64,000 nt of DNA from a virus (IMGVR_UViG_3300013094_000026:32480-96479), one strand, 5' to 3'; positions 39,891 through 50,752 are shown, counted from the stretch's first letter. Program-made: numbers and translations. The notes: generated by a model not told the origin, from the letters alone.

Positions 39891-40271
39891 ATGAAAAAAA
39901 TCTTTTTAAAATTTAGGCATCTATTCAGACATTTTGAAAATAGAATAGAAGAAATCTCAGATTGGACGGCAGAAGTATCTGCTAGTCCTTGGTTTCTTAT
40001 ATTACATGCTATTTGGTGGACATGCTGGATCGTTTTTAAGGTAGAGCCTTTCCCATACGGTCTATTAACTATGATTTTAAGCTTAGAGGCTATTGTTTTG
40101 TCAGCACTTCTTTTATCTTCAAGTAATCGTGAAGGTGATGTTGAAAAGAAAATAGCTCGTAAAACTTTAAGTAACACAAAAGAAACAAATTGGATGGCAG
40201 AAGAGACACTTGAGATTTTGCGGGATCTTCAAGAGGATGTTCGTCTACTTAGAGATGAGGAGGACGAATAA
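39891..40271 (+). CDS. DUF1003-like membrane protein
   Basis: SPWFLILH..WW...EPFPYGLLTMILSLEAI.LS..LL.S.NR. Confidence 0.75.
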   Translation: MKKIFLKFRHLFRHFENRIEEISDWTAEVSASPWFLILHAIWWTCWIVFKVEPFPYGLLTMILSLEAIVLSALLLSSSNREGDVEKKIARKTLSNTKETNWMAEETLEILRDLQEDVRLLRDEEDE

Positions 40272-40393
40272 TGCAATGCCTATTAATGTATGTAAGTATG
40301 CTTATCATTATGACTGTTTCATTTAAAAGACATAATGCTCGTAAGCACAAAAATTAATTGACACAATTAGTAGAAAGTTGATATAATCACATC

Positions 40394-41092
40394 ATGATTA
40401 TAAATAAAAAAGATGTACTAGATAAAGGTTATGTTCGTTTAGTTGATGTTTTGGGTGATGATTTATCAATTGTAAATGCAGCCCGTGTCTCATATGACAA
40501 AGAATCAACAGAATTTAAAGATAAAGATAAAAACTTATTGGCATTTTTGATCAGAGAAGGTCATACTTCTCCATTTCGCCATGCTGCACTAACATTTGAG
40601 ATTTATGCACCTTTGATGGTAGCCAGACAACATTGGAAGCATGTTGTTGCTTCAACACATACAGAGATGCAACAAGGTTGGAATGAATCATCTCGTCGTT
40701 ATATTACAGAAAAAGAAGAATTCTATATTCCAGATCATGATGCATGGCGTTCAAAACCAGAAAATAGCAAACAAGGTTCTGGAGAACCAATTTTAAATGG
40801 TGCACAGTTTACAATGGATTTGATTAATTATATTGAGCAAGGTAAAGAACTGTATGAACGTGCACTAGGCTATAATATTGCTCCAGAGCTTGCTAGATTG
40901 TTTTTACCTGCCTATGGCATGTATGTTAGGTATAGATGGACTGTAAGCCTACAAGGCGTTATAACCTTCTTAGAACAGCGTTTAGAGCATGATGCACAAG
41001 TAGAAATACAAGAATATGCCAAAGCAGTTAATGAATTAACTGAATATGCATTTCCAAATTCTATTAAATCTTGGAGAGAAAATGTCGTTTGA
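40394..41092 (+). CDS. thyX: Flavin-dependent thymidylate synthase
   Basis: IVNAARVSY, GHTSPFRH, ARQ..KH, NESSRRY, AQVEI. Confidence 0.93.
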   Translation: MIINKKDVLDKGYVRLVDVLGDDLSIVNAARVSYDKESTEFKDKDKNLLAFLIREGHTSPFRHAALTFEIYAPLMVARQHWKHVVASTHTEMQQGWNESSRRYITEKEEFYIPDHDAWRSKPENSKQGSGEPILNGAQFTMDLINYIEQGKELYERALGYNIAPELARLFLPAYGMYVRYRWTVSLQGVITFLEQRLEHDAQVEIQEYAKAVNELTEYAFPNSIKSWRENVV

Positions 41093-41281
41093 TGATTATA
41101 TTAGGCGAATTATGGAAGAAAATGCAGAAATTCTTAAAGCATTAGGATCTGATTATGATGAAGAAGGTATACCGTTTTGGGAAAAATGGGGAACTGAGTC
41201 TAAATTTGATGCTGAATTTAATGTAGATGAAGTATGGTAAACGCCTTGACAAAAACAATAGATATAGAGTAGACTACAGTT

Positions 41282-41767
41282 ATGCAAACATTCCTTCCGT
41301 CAGGTGACTCTTTATTCGCTGCACAGGCACTTGACAATAAAAGATTAAATAAACAAATACTTGAGGCATATCAAATTCTTAAAGTATTATCTACTAATGG
41401 TAAAGCTTGGCGTAATCATCCAGCCGTCCTTATGTGGGAGGGTCATGAAAATGCACTTTACAATTATGCTATGGATATGGTTAAAGAAGCCAGTTTCCGT
41501 AATATTAAAGTGATAAACAACCTTGGCAATCTTCAAGCTCTAAAGCAAGAATACAAAAGAAATTGGGGACATACAAAACCTTCATGGATGCTGGATAAAG
41601 AAAAGCTTAGTCGTATTGTAGCAACACACAGAGCAAACCTATATCGTAAAGACCCTGAATACTATGCCGAATATGCTAAAGCGGTAGATAACAAGTACAA
41701 CAAGCCATGTTGTTCAACATGTCAATATTATTGGCCCACACATCCATTAAGGAAGAATAATGACTAA
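41282..41767 (+). CDS. Pyrimidine-dimer DNA glycosylase-like (MSMEG_6728 family)
   Basis: MQTFLP...LDNKRLNKQILEAYQI...HPAVLMW.G...HRANLYRKDP.YY. Confidence 0.8.
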   Translation: MQTFLPSGDSLFAAQALDNKRLNKQILEAYQILKVLSTNGKAWRNHPAVLMWEGHENALYNYAMDMVKEASFRNIKVINNLGNLQALKQEYKRNWGHTKPSWMLDKEKLSRIVATHRANLYRKDPEYYAEYAKAVDNKYNKPCCSTCQYYWPTHPLRKNND

Positions 41768-42047
41768 TAAACCTAATTTAAAAATAATTCAAGGCGGGAA
41801 AGAAGAAATAAGTGATAAAGAGTTTCAGTTATTTTTAGATGCATTTTTAGGAGATTACAAAGGATCTAGTTATTTACAAGAGTAGACAAGAGGTGCATAC
41901 TAATGATATACTGTTTAATACCGATATGTTGTATACTTTTAGTTAAATATTACATGTTAAAATATGAGCATGATTATTTAAAGTATAGATACTATATGTT
42001 GGTAAAACAAAAAGATAAAAACACATGAGACTAAAGGAGAAATACAG

Positions 42048-42452
42048 ATGGCAAATCCATCATTTTTGGCAACAGGAAACCTAGCGTTTGATCCAGAGTT
42101 TAAAACTTTCCCTACTGGGAATTTACTTAAATTAAGATTGATGACAAATTCTTGGGCTAAAGATTCTAACGGACAGTTCGTTGAAAAAGATAGTTCAGGT
42201 TGGAATGTTGAAGTATGGGGCAAGGAAGCTGACAAGTGGCGTAACCATTTAAAAAAGGGTTCACGAGTTACAGTTGTTGGAACTCAAAGAGTAAGAACAT
42301 GGGAAGATGCTGAAGGCGGTAAACGATCATCAGTAGATATTAAGGCAAATAATATTTCCATTGATATTGCTTCAGTTGGTGGTAAAGAATCTAGTTACAA
42401 TTCAAATGATATTTGGGCTGATTCTGAAGATGAGAATCTACCTCCATTTTAA
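42048..42452 (+). CDS. ssb: Bacterial-type single-stranded DNA-binding protein
   Basis: GNL..DPE, VEVWG, LKKGSRV.V.G, C-terminal LPPF. Confidence 0.88.
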   Translation: MANPSFLATGNLAFDPEFKTFPTGNLLKLRLMTNSWAKDSNGQFVEKDSSGWNVEVWGKEADKWRNHLKKGSRVTVVGTQRVRTWEDAEGGKRSSVDIKANNISIDIASVGGKESSYNSNDIWADSEDENLPPF

Positions 42453-42925
42453 TGATTAATAATTTACCCACATCCAGTGATTTTCAATCAGATTCAAAAA
42501 AATCTGGAGATCATTTTGAGTATTTAGTTTATTCCGATTTGATTAGTCGTGGATTTACTAAAATAAAGAAAAATCATTATGTTGAAGGAACTGGGTGTGA
42601 GGTAGATTTTTTTGCTGATGATAAAGAATATGTTGAGGCAAAAGGTGGATTTGAAGGTAATGGTAAACGCCCAGGAGCAAAAAGAACTGATAGTGTAAAA
42701 AAAGCAATAGCAAACGGTGCTTTAATTAAAGCAATAAAATCTGATTCATACTATGTAGTTTATTTTTCATCTATGCCACATGCCAATAGTTATTCAGATC
42801 AAATGCTAAAACTAGCACTACAAAATAAAATTATTGATGAAATAAGATATATAGATAATCCGAATAGAGATTTATTTTATACATTGTTTGATTATATAGA
42901 GATACCCGATGGAAAGCAGGATTAA
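42452..42925 (+). CDS. PD-(D/E)xK restriction-endonuclease-like protein
   Basis: GDHFE...EVDF...VEAKG...KRTDSVKKAI. Confidence 0.65.
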   Translation: MINNLPTSSDFQSDSKKSGDHFEYLVYSDLISRGFTKIKKNHYVEGTGCEVDFFADDKEYVEAKGGFEGNGKRPGAKRTDSVKKAIANGALIKAIKSDSYYVVYFSSMPHANSYSDQMLKLALQNKIIDEIRYIDNPNRDLFYTLFDYIEIPDGKQD

Positions 42926-43198
42926 ATGCGTAAAAATAATATTAAAAGATCACAACAAGGAATTAAAAGATATAATAAAAACATAGCTCGTAAAGCAAGA
43001 AAAAAACATAAACTTGAAAATCATATTATTTGGCTTGAAAATGTAATTAATGCTGGTGTTGAATTAGATTTTGAAAGATTATGGAAAAAGAAAGATGGTT
43101 TATACCGTAATCCAAAAGATATCAAATACATCATTGATAAATTGGTTTCACGCAATGTTCCAATTTATAAAAAAGCTAAGGCAAATGGAAGAGTATAA
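42926..43198 (+). CDS. Basic hypothetical protein
   Basis: Coupled ORF. Confidence 0.5.
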   Translation: MRKNNIKRSQQGIKRYNKNIARKARKKHKLENHIIWLENVINAGVELDFERLWKKKDGLYRNPKDIKYIIDKLVSRNVPIYKKAKANGRV

Positions 43199-43628
43199 AT
43201 TGAAGATAGATGTAATGCTCTTAAATAAAGATGCAAAGTTACCAACATATGCAACATTTGGCGATGCTGGTGCAGATTTATATTCTACTGAAGAAATTAT
43301 AATTGAAGCACAAGACCATGTAATGGTTGGGACAGGAATTTCAATGGCTATCCCACAAGGCTTTGTGGGATTAGTCCATCCTAGATCAGGCTTGGCTGCT
43401 AAGAATGGTATTACCGTTTTAAATGCTCCAGGAACAATTGATGCAGGATATCGTGGCGAAATTAAAGTGATTTTAGTTAATCATACTAACATTGCTTATA
43501 TGGTAAAAAAGGGTGATAAGATAGCTCAATTAATTATTCAAAAAGTTGAACATGCGTTCTTTGAACCCGTTCAAGAACTTGATACAACTAATCGTGGGGC
43601 GGGCGGATTTGGAAGTACTGGAAAATGA
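43185..43628 (+). CDS. dut: dUTPase
   Basis: AGADL, PRSGLA, GTIDAGYRGE, RGAGGFGSTG. Confidence 0.95.
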   Translation: MEEYKLKIDVMLLNKDAKLPTYATFGDAGADLYSTEEIIIEAQDHVMVGTGISMAIPQGFVGLVHPRSGLAAKNGITVLNAPGTIDAGYRGEIKVILVNHTNIAYMVKKGDKIAQLIIQKVEHAFFEPVQELDTTNRGAGGFGSTGK

Positions 43629-43888
43629 TTGCTTTTTCATTAATTATTACATTTCTTTATTTTAGTATAATAATTGTTGGTATTAATTATTATGAAAAAA
43701 GAGAACAAAAAAATGATGAACAATTGCGTGAAATTATAACAAGTTTATCTAAAGATAATGATATACTTCAAAAGCAATTAGAAGCGGTAAAACGTGAAAA
43801 TAAAGCACTTAATAATCGTTTTAACATAGAATATGAATACAAAGCCTATCGTAATGAAAGATTTAAAGGTGAGCATAATGAAAGCTAG
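43625..43888 (+). CDS. Membrane-anchored coiled-coil protein
   Basis: N-terminal TM segment. Confidence 0.55.
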   Translation: MIAFSLIITFLYFSIIIVGINYYEKREQKNDEQLREIITSLSKDNDILQKQLEAVKRENKALNNRFNIEYEYKAYRNERFKGEHNES

Positions 43889-44726
43889 TAATTGTTATTT
43901 ATGCATTGGGACGGGAATGTTAAGATCTGATGAAGATTGTTTCTGTATTGATAATACTTGCTCCTGTAAAGGATGTAAGGTAGAATATATACAAGAAGAA
44001 CTGGATTTTGAACAATGAAAATTAAATGTGATGTAGAATTTTATCCTCAAGCAGTACTATTTGGTTTCCATATGTGGAGAAAAAACAGTATCAGTATTTA
44101 TTTTCTATTTTGGACATTTGAAATTGCTGTTTATTCAAAACTAGGATACATTAAATATTTACGAAGAGTTGTAGATATATCAAGATTTATTGCACACGCT
44201 CATAAATTCCATGAAGAAAATCAAGATAAATGGAAAGAATTATGAAAAATATGGTGAAATAATGTGCGATCATAAGTTAAAACTTGAAGAAAATAGATTA
44301 ATTTGTGAATATTGTGGAGAGACGTTTAAATTATGATAACAAATACAGTATTATGGTTTTTATTTATAATTAACTCAGCAGGCATATTGTTAGGTCTGTA
44401 CGGGCTGGGAGTGGCTAAAAGATGGTGGAAATAGAAGAAGAATATTGCAATCCAAATAAATTATGTAAGAATATGGAAGATATAACCATAGAATACACAC
44501 TTGAAGATTGGAAAGAAATATTAAAAAAAGATGGTAAGTTGCAATAATTGTAACAAAATGTTATAATTAGTATTATGACAAAATTACCTAAATTAGAGAA
44601 AAAGTGGGAGAATCTCACAGAAGAAGAACAATGGGCTTATTTAGCTTTCATTGAACAGGAGAGTAAGAAAGATATGCATTCTCCGCTGAAAGTAGCATAA
44701 AACTACATATTAAAAAGATCATTCAG

Positions 44727-44750
44727 AACCCGCTTGAGAAGGCGGGTTTT
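44727..44750 (+). terminator. Intrinsic terminator
   Basis: AACCCGCTT-GAGA-AGGCGGGTT-TT. Confidence 0.75.
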
Positions 44751-44790
44751 GCCATTGACAGATTCATATTCTTCATGATATGATAAGACC

Positions 44791-45075
44791 ATGACACACG
44801 ATGAAGATTGCCTAATATCAGAAGGCAAATTTGATGCCAAATGCACATGTAGTTATGGTTTGCTAGAAGAGTTAAATGATCTTGTCAATGATTTTGACAT
44901 GAAGCATGACAACAGCAATCCGTACTATATTGCCCTTCGTAATGTCGTAGAATTGGCGGGAAATCCGTTAGAAACAAATGAAATTTGGCCCGCAGACTAT
45001 GTAGTTTGGTATACATATGGATACAACCTTGCTTTAATTAGAATACTTGAATCTATTGAAAGGGATTTAGCATGA
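44791..45075 (+). CDS. Hypothetical protein (leaderless)
   Basis: TTGACA-N18-TATGAT-N6-ATG. Confidence 0.6.
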   Translation: MTHDEDCLISEGKFDAKCTCSYGLLEELNDLVNDFDMKHDNSNPYYIALRNVVELAGNPLETNEIWPADYVVWYTYGYNLALIRILESIERDLA

Positions 45076-45674
45076 GATATGGAATTGTTAAATCTGACTC
45101 TTGGGGATTTTCTGCATTTTATTTGCCCACAGAAAAAAGCTTTAATTTACTTTTTATTCATTGGTTTTTCTATATTGAGAAAGAGTTAAAGTGAAAATAA
45201 CTATACATAAGTGGAACGCAACATATGGATTTTCTTTTGTTGTGCACCCTTGGTGGGGAATTGGTATTTTGCTAAGTAATAGACATATTAGAATTGAACG
45301 GAAATAACATAATGTGTAAAAAATGCGGGATGTCTAAAGAAAACATAGAATACTGGGATACTCATCAAACTATGAGTAATAATGAAATATGGTGCAGAGC
45401 TTGAGCAAAAATGAGCGGGAGCAAGAAGCAAATTGTCGCCATAAATGGCAGGTAATTAGTCAAAGAATCATATGTAAATATTGCCAAGAAATTAAGAAAG
45501 AAGATAATCAATGATACTAAAGGAAATCATAGCAGAATGGAAACCAGATGATTGGAATGAGTAGCATTACCCTTTTAAGGGAAGCAGTAGCCACCACAGC
45601 CCTTGAAAACGGGTGGGATAAAGATAAGCAAGAAGAAATATTTCTTGCCCTATTACAACTAATAAAGGATAATA

Positions 45675-45941
45675 ATGAATAAGGAGACCGAATTGAGCCG
45701 AAATCAGGAAGAAGAAAAATCTGCTCCTGTATACAAATATAAGCAGAATGAATCAATTACAATTCATGCTAATCATTTTGAGCAATATTGGCGAGATAAA
45801 ATTGCAGAAGAAATGGAAAATGCACAATTTAGCTATGGTTTATCACTTATTCCTGATGACTTGAAAGATGCAGCACATACTGGCTGGATTTCAGCAAAAA
45901 TAACATATATTAGTTTAGTTAAAAATGGTTGTAAATCGTAA
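45675..45941 (+). CDS. Hypothetical protein
   Basis: AAGGA SD. Confidence 0.55.
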   Translation: MNKETELSRNQEEEKSAPVYKYKQNESITIHANHFEQYWRDKIAEEMENAQFSYGLSLIPDDLKDAAHTGWISAKITYISLVKNGCKS

Positions 45942-46400
45942 TTAAATTGGTCGTGAACAGGTAAGAATATGGGGGAGGCAAGCGTTCAAATTGCCCAATT
46001 TTCTACCCCCCATATCACCAATTTTGGCGGGATTTAAAGGTGTAATGAATTTATCTACTAGATAATAATCATTACATACATCAACTATTAAAGTAAATTA
46101 AGAGATATGAAAGTAGGGCGGGAAGCCAGAGGTAGAATTACCACCTATATACATATAATACTATAATAAGATATATATAGTAAAGGATGTGTATAATGCT
46201 AACAAAGTTTATGATTGGCTTTATGCTAGGGGCAATTCTAGCAATGTTATTATTAATATAAGCCAGAAAGATATAATAGAATATAGGCTAGATCCTAATA
46301 TAGAAAGACATATTCGCTTCGCTAATATCCCGCCTTTTTCTTATATATAATTATATTAGACACATAATCAAATGCCCTTAGAATGGCTCTAGATAGGGTT

Positions 46401-46430
46401 TAAAGTGGAGTATTGTGGAGTAAAGTGGAG
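46401..46430. repeat. 3 x 10-bp tandem repeat (TAAAGTGGAG/TATTGTGGAG)
   Basis: GTGGAG at 10-bp period. Confidence 0.8.
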
Positions 46431-46667
46431 AATATATTCAATAGATAGAGTAATAAAATCAGTTTATATATAGTTATACATTTTACCTAGGTATAGACCA
46501 TAGCATATTACGCCCTATATTGTCAAATTTGACACATAACCCTTATATTGTCTAACATTTATACAAATATAGCCTAAAATGTATAGAAAAATACACCAAA
46601 AACTATACAAAATCATATAAAACTGTCTAATTATTAGACAAAATCATATATTTTTGTATAAATTCTG

Positions 46668-46711
46668 TGTGATTTTAATCACATTTTAAAAATGCTGTGA
46701 AATTTATCACA
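46668..46711. promoter_or_regulatory. Two perfect CRP/GlxR-type boxes
   Basis: TGTGA-TTTTAA-TCACA (46668) and TGTGA-AATTTA-TCACA (46696). Confidence 0.6.
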
Positions 46712-46924
46712 GTTCGTAATGTCTGGTGAAATTTTGATATGTTCGTAATGTATTATATATATGTATATAGAGGGAATTGATATGAGTCTAGTGAAATTCC
46801 CGCCCCTTCGTAATATATTAAAAAGTTTGATTAAATAAATAGAAATTGGGCCGACATCGTAAAAGCGAATTTTAGCTCCTTCGTAATGTCTATTTCAAAA
46901 TTCACCGACCCGACCCTATTGAAA

Positions 46925-46997
46925 TAAAAAAAAGACCTGTGAAATATCACAGGTCTTTGATTTAGGACTTGGCAGAGATCGCCGCCTGAACGCCCTA
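46925..46997 (-). ncRNA. Candidate ~73-nt small RNA with its own promoter and terminator
   Basis: TTGAAG-N17-TATAAT (47032-47004), bulged hairpin with G-U pairs, then a 12-bp terminator stem and U-run; no ORF. Confidence 0.55.
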
Positions 46998-47068
46998 TTA
47001 TATATTATACAGAGAAAACTATGGGCCTTCAACCCCAACAATCTCAGGCCCATACTCTGTATTAAATT

Positions 47069-47359
47069 TTATCTACTTGCAGCATTTGTCATATTTAATT
47101 CATCTAACATATCATACATCTTATCCGCCCATGCTTTTACATTTTGCAAATATGGCGGAATTAAATCAGGATGTCTAGTTGCCATAATGATAATATAATT
47201 AACCATATATTGCATAAGTGATTCATTTACATATGCAGATTCATTTACCATTTTATAAGATAAACCTGCGGGAGATAAGTCTTGATTCTTGAATATATTT
47301 ACTAGTTGTTTATGTTCTTTATCATACATCTTCAATCTCCCCGTCCTCATATAGTTCAT
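47069..47359 (-). CDS. Hypothetical early protein
   Basis: ORF track; likely start at MYDKE. Confidence 0.55.
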   Translation of the reverse strand: MNYMRTGRLKMYDKEHKQLVNIFKNQDLSPAGLSYKMVNESAYVNESLMQYMVNYIIIMATRHPDLIPPYLQNVKAWADKMYDMLDELNMTNAASR

Positions 47360-47678
47360 CTAATACATCTACTAGATCATTGTCAATTAGCCAGTCTAGC
47401 ACATCAGAGCCTTCTACATCAAACCCGCCCCAAGGCTTATTCCAAAATGTATCCCAAACTTGATCAAGATCTACACCTTCGGCAGGCTGATATTCCCAAT
47501 CTGCCAAATCTTCCCAAACATATGTAATTTCATTCCACATAAACAACATAATAAGTGAACCACCAATATTTGATTGATTCATCTCTTCTAGCCACTTGTC
47601 CAATTGTTGACGGGTAGTAATAGAGCGGTCATCAGTCATTTGTTTTGTCCTTGTCTTGTTGAGCGAATACCAAATCAT
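47322..47678 (-). CDS. Acidic hypothetical early protein
   Basis: ORF track; likely start at MTDDR. Confidence 0.55.
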   Translation of the reverse strand: MIWYSLNKTRTKQMTDDRSITTRQQLDKWLEEMNQSNIGGSLIMLFMWNEITYVWEDLADWEYQPAEGVDLDQVWDTFWNKPWGGFDVEGSDVLDWLIDNDLVDVLDELYEDGEIEDV

Positions 47679-47946
47679 AGCATAGTGTATAGAAAGTTGT
47701 CAAGCAATCTCTATACCCGTCCATATAATCATTTTGTGACTTATCATTAATAGATTCATCATACTCTTGTACTACCAACATGTGATTTAACAACTCCCCT
47801 TGCATGATATCAATTAAGGGGATGTTATGATTAATTAAATTTAGTTGTCGTTGGTCAAGCATTGGCTTCCACCTTGTGTTCTGCACAACCCTCTTCACCC
47901 GTGCCATTACCACAAGTAGGGCAAATATAATCTCCGCATTCATCAC
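47632..47946 (-). CDS. Hypothetical early protein
   Basis: ORF track; likely start at MLDQR. Confidence 0.5.
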   Translation of the reverse strand: MMNAEIIFALLVVMARVKRVVQNTRWKPMLDQRQLNLINHNIPLIDIMQGELLNHMLVVQEYDESINDKSQNDYMDGYRDCLTTFYTLCYDLVFAQQDKDKTND

Positions 47947-48553
47947 AGAAATTTACATCAGGGTCATTTGGCTCCATGTAGTCACACTCCATGCACTTCC
48001 AGTTCCATTCAGTGCCGTCTAAACGTTCTCCACGCAGGTACTCATGCTCTCCACCCCAGCCTGTCTCCTCTTCATATGACAACGTGAAAAGCAGGTCAGG
48101 ATACTGTGCAGACAACTCAGCCAAAGCCTCGTCAGGAATGGACCAAGCAGTATTAAAGTTATAATAAACTACATAGTTCTCACCATTTTGGACGGGACCT
48201 TCAATATATGTATCTGGATTACTATCTTCATTAGATACAGAAACATCCCACTTAACTCCCCAATGGCGGTTATTCCAAGAATACCAGTCATTGCCTTCAA
48301 ACTTAATTTGTTCTGAAATTGGCAAAGAATGATTAGGTTGATTTTCATATGCCTCTAAGTCTGTTGGTTTAATTATATTCCAAAAAGAAAAAACGGGATT
48401 TGAATATAGGACACGCTTTTTCTCTATCTTATTAGTCTCTGAATTCCATTGGTCATGAATACGACTATATGGCTTATTCATTTGTGCAACAAGTTTGTTA
48501 ATAGAAGATTCATTGCCTTCTATAGTTAATCCATTATATACCCAGTTTGGCAT
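47855..48553 (-). CDS. DUF1281/YubB-like ferredoxin-fold protein with C-terminal zinc ribbon
   Basis: MPNWVYN.L, DWY.WN..HWG.KWD, FNTAWS.P, YEE. Confidence 0.75.
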   Translation of the reverse strand: MPNWVYNGLTIEGNESSINKLVAQMNKPYSRIHDQWNSETNKIEKKRVLYSNPVFSFWNIIKPTDLEAYENQPNHSLPISEQIKFEGNDWYSWNNRHWGVKWDVSVSNEDSNPDTYIEGPVQNGENYVVYYNFNTAWSIPDEALAELSAQYPDLLFTLSYEEETGWGGEHEYLRGERLDGTEWNWKCMECDYMEPNDPDVNFCDECGDYICPTCGNGTGEEGCAEHKVEANA

Positions 48554-48760
48554 TATACTTTCTTTCTACTAGTTGGGTTAATAGGGTTATTCTATTATTT
48601 CAGATTCATCTATGTCAAGTTCCTCCCCCATAACTTCCCAATCACTATAAGGTAAGTCATAGGCAATTAACTCAGCATTAGTATTATTATCAGCCTCAAC
48701 CTCTATCTCTAGGTGTTGGACTTTGGTTGCGAATACACGATATTTTGTCATAGTGTTATT

Positions 48761-49006
48761 CTACCACTCACCACTGACATTGGTCAAGGCAGGGGCGGGC
48801 GTGTCTAAATTATGGTCTTCATCAAATTCTCTATGATAAGCTTCTAAGGTATATACAGTAAAGTTATATCCACTAGAATAAGCAAATTTAATTGCATCAT
48901 GTAATAGATATGTTTCATAAACTAAAGAATCATTTAATAAAACTTCAAATGAATTAATCCCACCTGGTGAGACTGAATAATCTATTTCGTAAATTTTAAG
49001 TTCCAT
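48761..49006 (-). CDS. Hypothetical early protein
   Basis: ORF with AGGA SD. Confidence 0.55.
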   Translation of the reverse strand: MELKIYEIDYSVSPGGINSFEVLLNDSLVYETYLLHDAIKFAYSSGYNFTVYTLEAYHREFDEDHNLDTPAPALTNVSGEW

Positions 49007-49223
49007 AGCTGCATCCTATCATTCGTAAAGGGGTTTTGTCAAGTGGGTCGTAAAAGGAATTTTGAGGGTGGGTCGTAAATGGTTTTTTAGCTGAAATACC
49101 CCTCAGCCCATAGGCCTTCAAGAAAGGTCCTTGCTTTGAGCAGATTAGCTGCTATTTGCACCTGGCCTGGTGGGATGTAGTGGACCCCATACCCAATTGC
49201 ATCAATCATTTCATTTAAATCAG

Positions 49224-49424
49224 TTAACTCATACCCCAGCAAAATTGCACCCATTCCCAGTCATTTATAGCTAATAACACTTTCAATATGTCCCAGCCCT
49301 CTTCAACCAGTCGCTCATGAAGCTTTTTGTGCATGTAATTAAATGCCTGCTCACACTGTTCTTGTGTCCATTCAGGCTTTAATCCTTGAACGTCCTTCCA
49401 AGAAAATCCTGCTACATCAGACAT
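49224..49424 (-). CDS. Hypothetical early protein
   Basis: GGAGG SD. Confidence 0.6.
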   Translation of the reverse strand: MSDVAGFSWKDVQGLKPEWTQEQCEQAFNYMHKKLHERLVEEGWDILKVLLAINDWEWVQFCWGMS

Positions 49425-49761
49425 TCACTTCCTCCCTATGATAATTTGCAAAGTAATCAAAGGAATGTGTTCCACTGTCATCTGTAACTGTTTTATTAGA
49501 TAAGTCAATTTCTACATTTGTCTCGCCTTCATATCTAGACGTTCCCGCCCATAAGCCATAGCCCAGCTCGCTGTCCCAGTCCTGTCCAATCAACTGTGAG
49601 ACAAGAATACGGGCAAGGTAGGTCTCATCATTCCAGCGTGGACGGGCTTTGTCAATGGCATGAGCCAAATCCTCATGCATGCTAGTTTCTCCCCAATGAC
49701 TATATAAACTAATATAATTGCCATCAGCCTGCTTAAAATTAAATACTACTCTTTCTCCCAT
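49417..49761 (-). CDS. Phage early protein (MGER...LYSHWG)
   Basis: LYSHWG...RWND..Y..RI motif. Confidence 0.65.
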   Translation of the reverse strand: MGERVVFNFKQADGNYISLYSHWGETSMHEDLAHAIDKARPRWNDETYLARILVSQLIGQDWDSELGYGLWAGTSRYEGETNVEIDLSNKTVTDDSGTHSFDYFANYHREEVNV

Positions 49762-49885
49762 TATTTATACATTCCAATCACTAATAAAATTGATAAAACT
49801 ATTGGTACTACTATAAGTATTATTATGTCCATGTGGGTATCCTATCAGAAAGTGGGGGGATAATCAAATCCCCCCAGCCTGTTAA

Positions 49886-50299
49886 TTAGAGATATTTTGC
49901 AATAGACTTGAAGGTAGATGTAGAAACAAATTCCTCATCTGTCATCTTTAGAATACGAATTGCATTTTCAATTTCTTCTACAATTTCCTTATACTGCCAA
50001 TCTGCAATAGTTTCAAAGCCACGCTCAGGCTCAGAAGGAACATCTACTGCACCAGCCTTAAACTCAAAACTGACAACAATATCACCACTCCAACGCTTGT
50101 TGATACTTTGCTCGCTTGACTTTGAGAAATTAGCAATAGCAATTTTAGCAACTTCATGTTGCCACTTCTTGTGCAACTTATCAAACTTTTCTTGATTTAC
50201 TTTTTCATTTGCTTTGTCTGTCTTTACTTGCTTCAACTTGTCCTCTAGTGACTTGATAACTTTAGGTGTTGCTACTTTTACATTTATTGCTCGTGACAT
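49886..50299 (-). CDS. Hypothetical early protein (MSRAINVKVAT...)
   Basis: AAAGGA SD; the ORF-track start is the promoter-motif ATG. Confidence 0.7.
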   Translation of the reverse strand: MSRAINVKVATPKVIKSLEDKLKQVKTDKANEKVNQEKFDKLHKKWQHEVAKIAIANFSKSSEQSINKRWSGDIVVSFEFKAGAVDVPSEPERGFETIADWQYKEIVEEIENAIRILKMTDEEFVSTSTFKSIAKYL

Positions 50300-50355
50300 A
50301 TTATTTCCTTTTCTTTGTTGGGTTAATGGTTGTATTATAGCAGGGGGGTCTGACA

Positions 50356-50622
50356 TTACCGCCGAGTAATAGTGGTAGGTCTATGGGTTGTGGCGTATCT
50401 CACCTCATGCTTTGGCAAGTCACCAGATACATATTCAGTTTGTTGTGAATATAGGACTTTGCCCTGAAATGCTACACACATCTTTGTTAGTTTATTTATA
50501 TCAGAACCAGTAATCTTAACCTGAAGATTATCCAGCACTTCATATTCAATTCCATATTGAATGCACTTACCCAATCCATAGCCCATTTGGGCTTTGGACG
50601 GGACTTGAAGCTTTACTATCAT
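50356..50622 (-). CDS. Hypothetical early protein
   Basis: SD present; TAA overlaps the promoter motif. Confidence 0.6.
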   Translation of the reverse strand: MIVKLQVPSKAQMGYGLGKCIQYGIEYEVLDNLQVKITGSDINKLTKMCVAFQGKVLYSQQTEYVSGDLPKHEVRYATTHRPTTITRR

Positions 50623-50752
50623 GTTTTGCCTTCCTACTCTAAATAATCAACATACAGGTGTTTATCTTGTTTTACACAACTGGCACAAATATACCAGCCC
50701 CCGTCAAACATTGAAAACTGGGCGGGATTTTTACAGAACACACAATCCATTA

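Noticed and set aside
46938-46951. Additional CRP box TGTGA-AATA-TCACA
   Set aside because: The spacer is 4 nt; it is the top of a terminator hairpin
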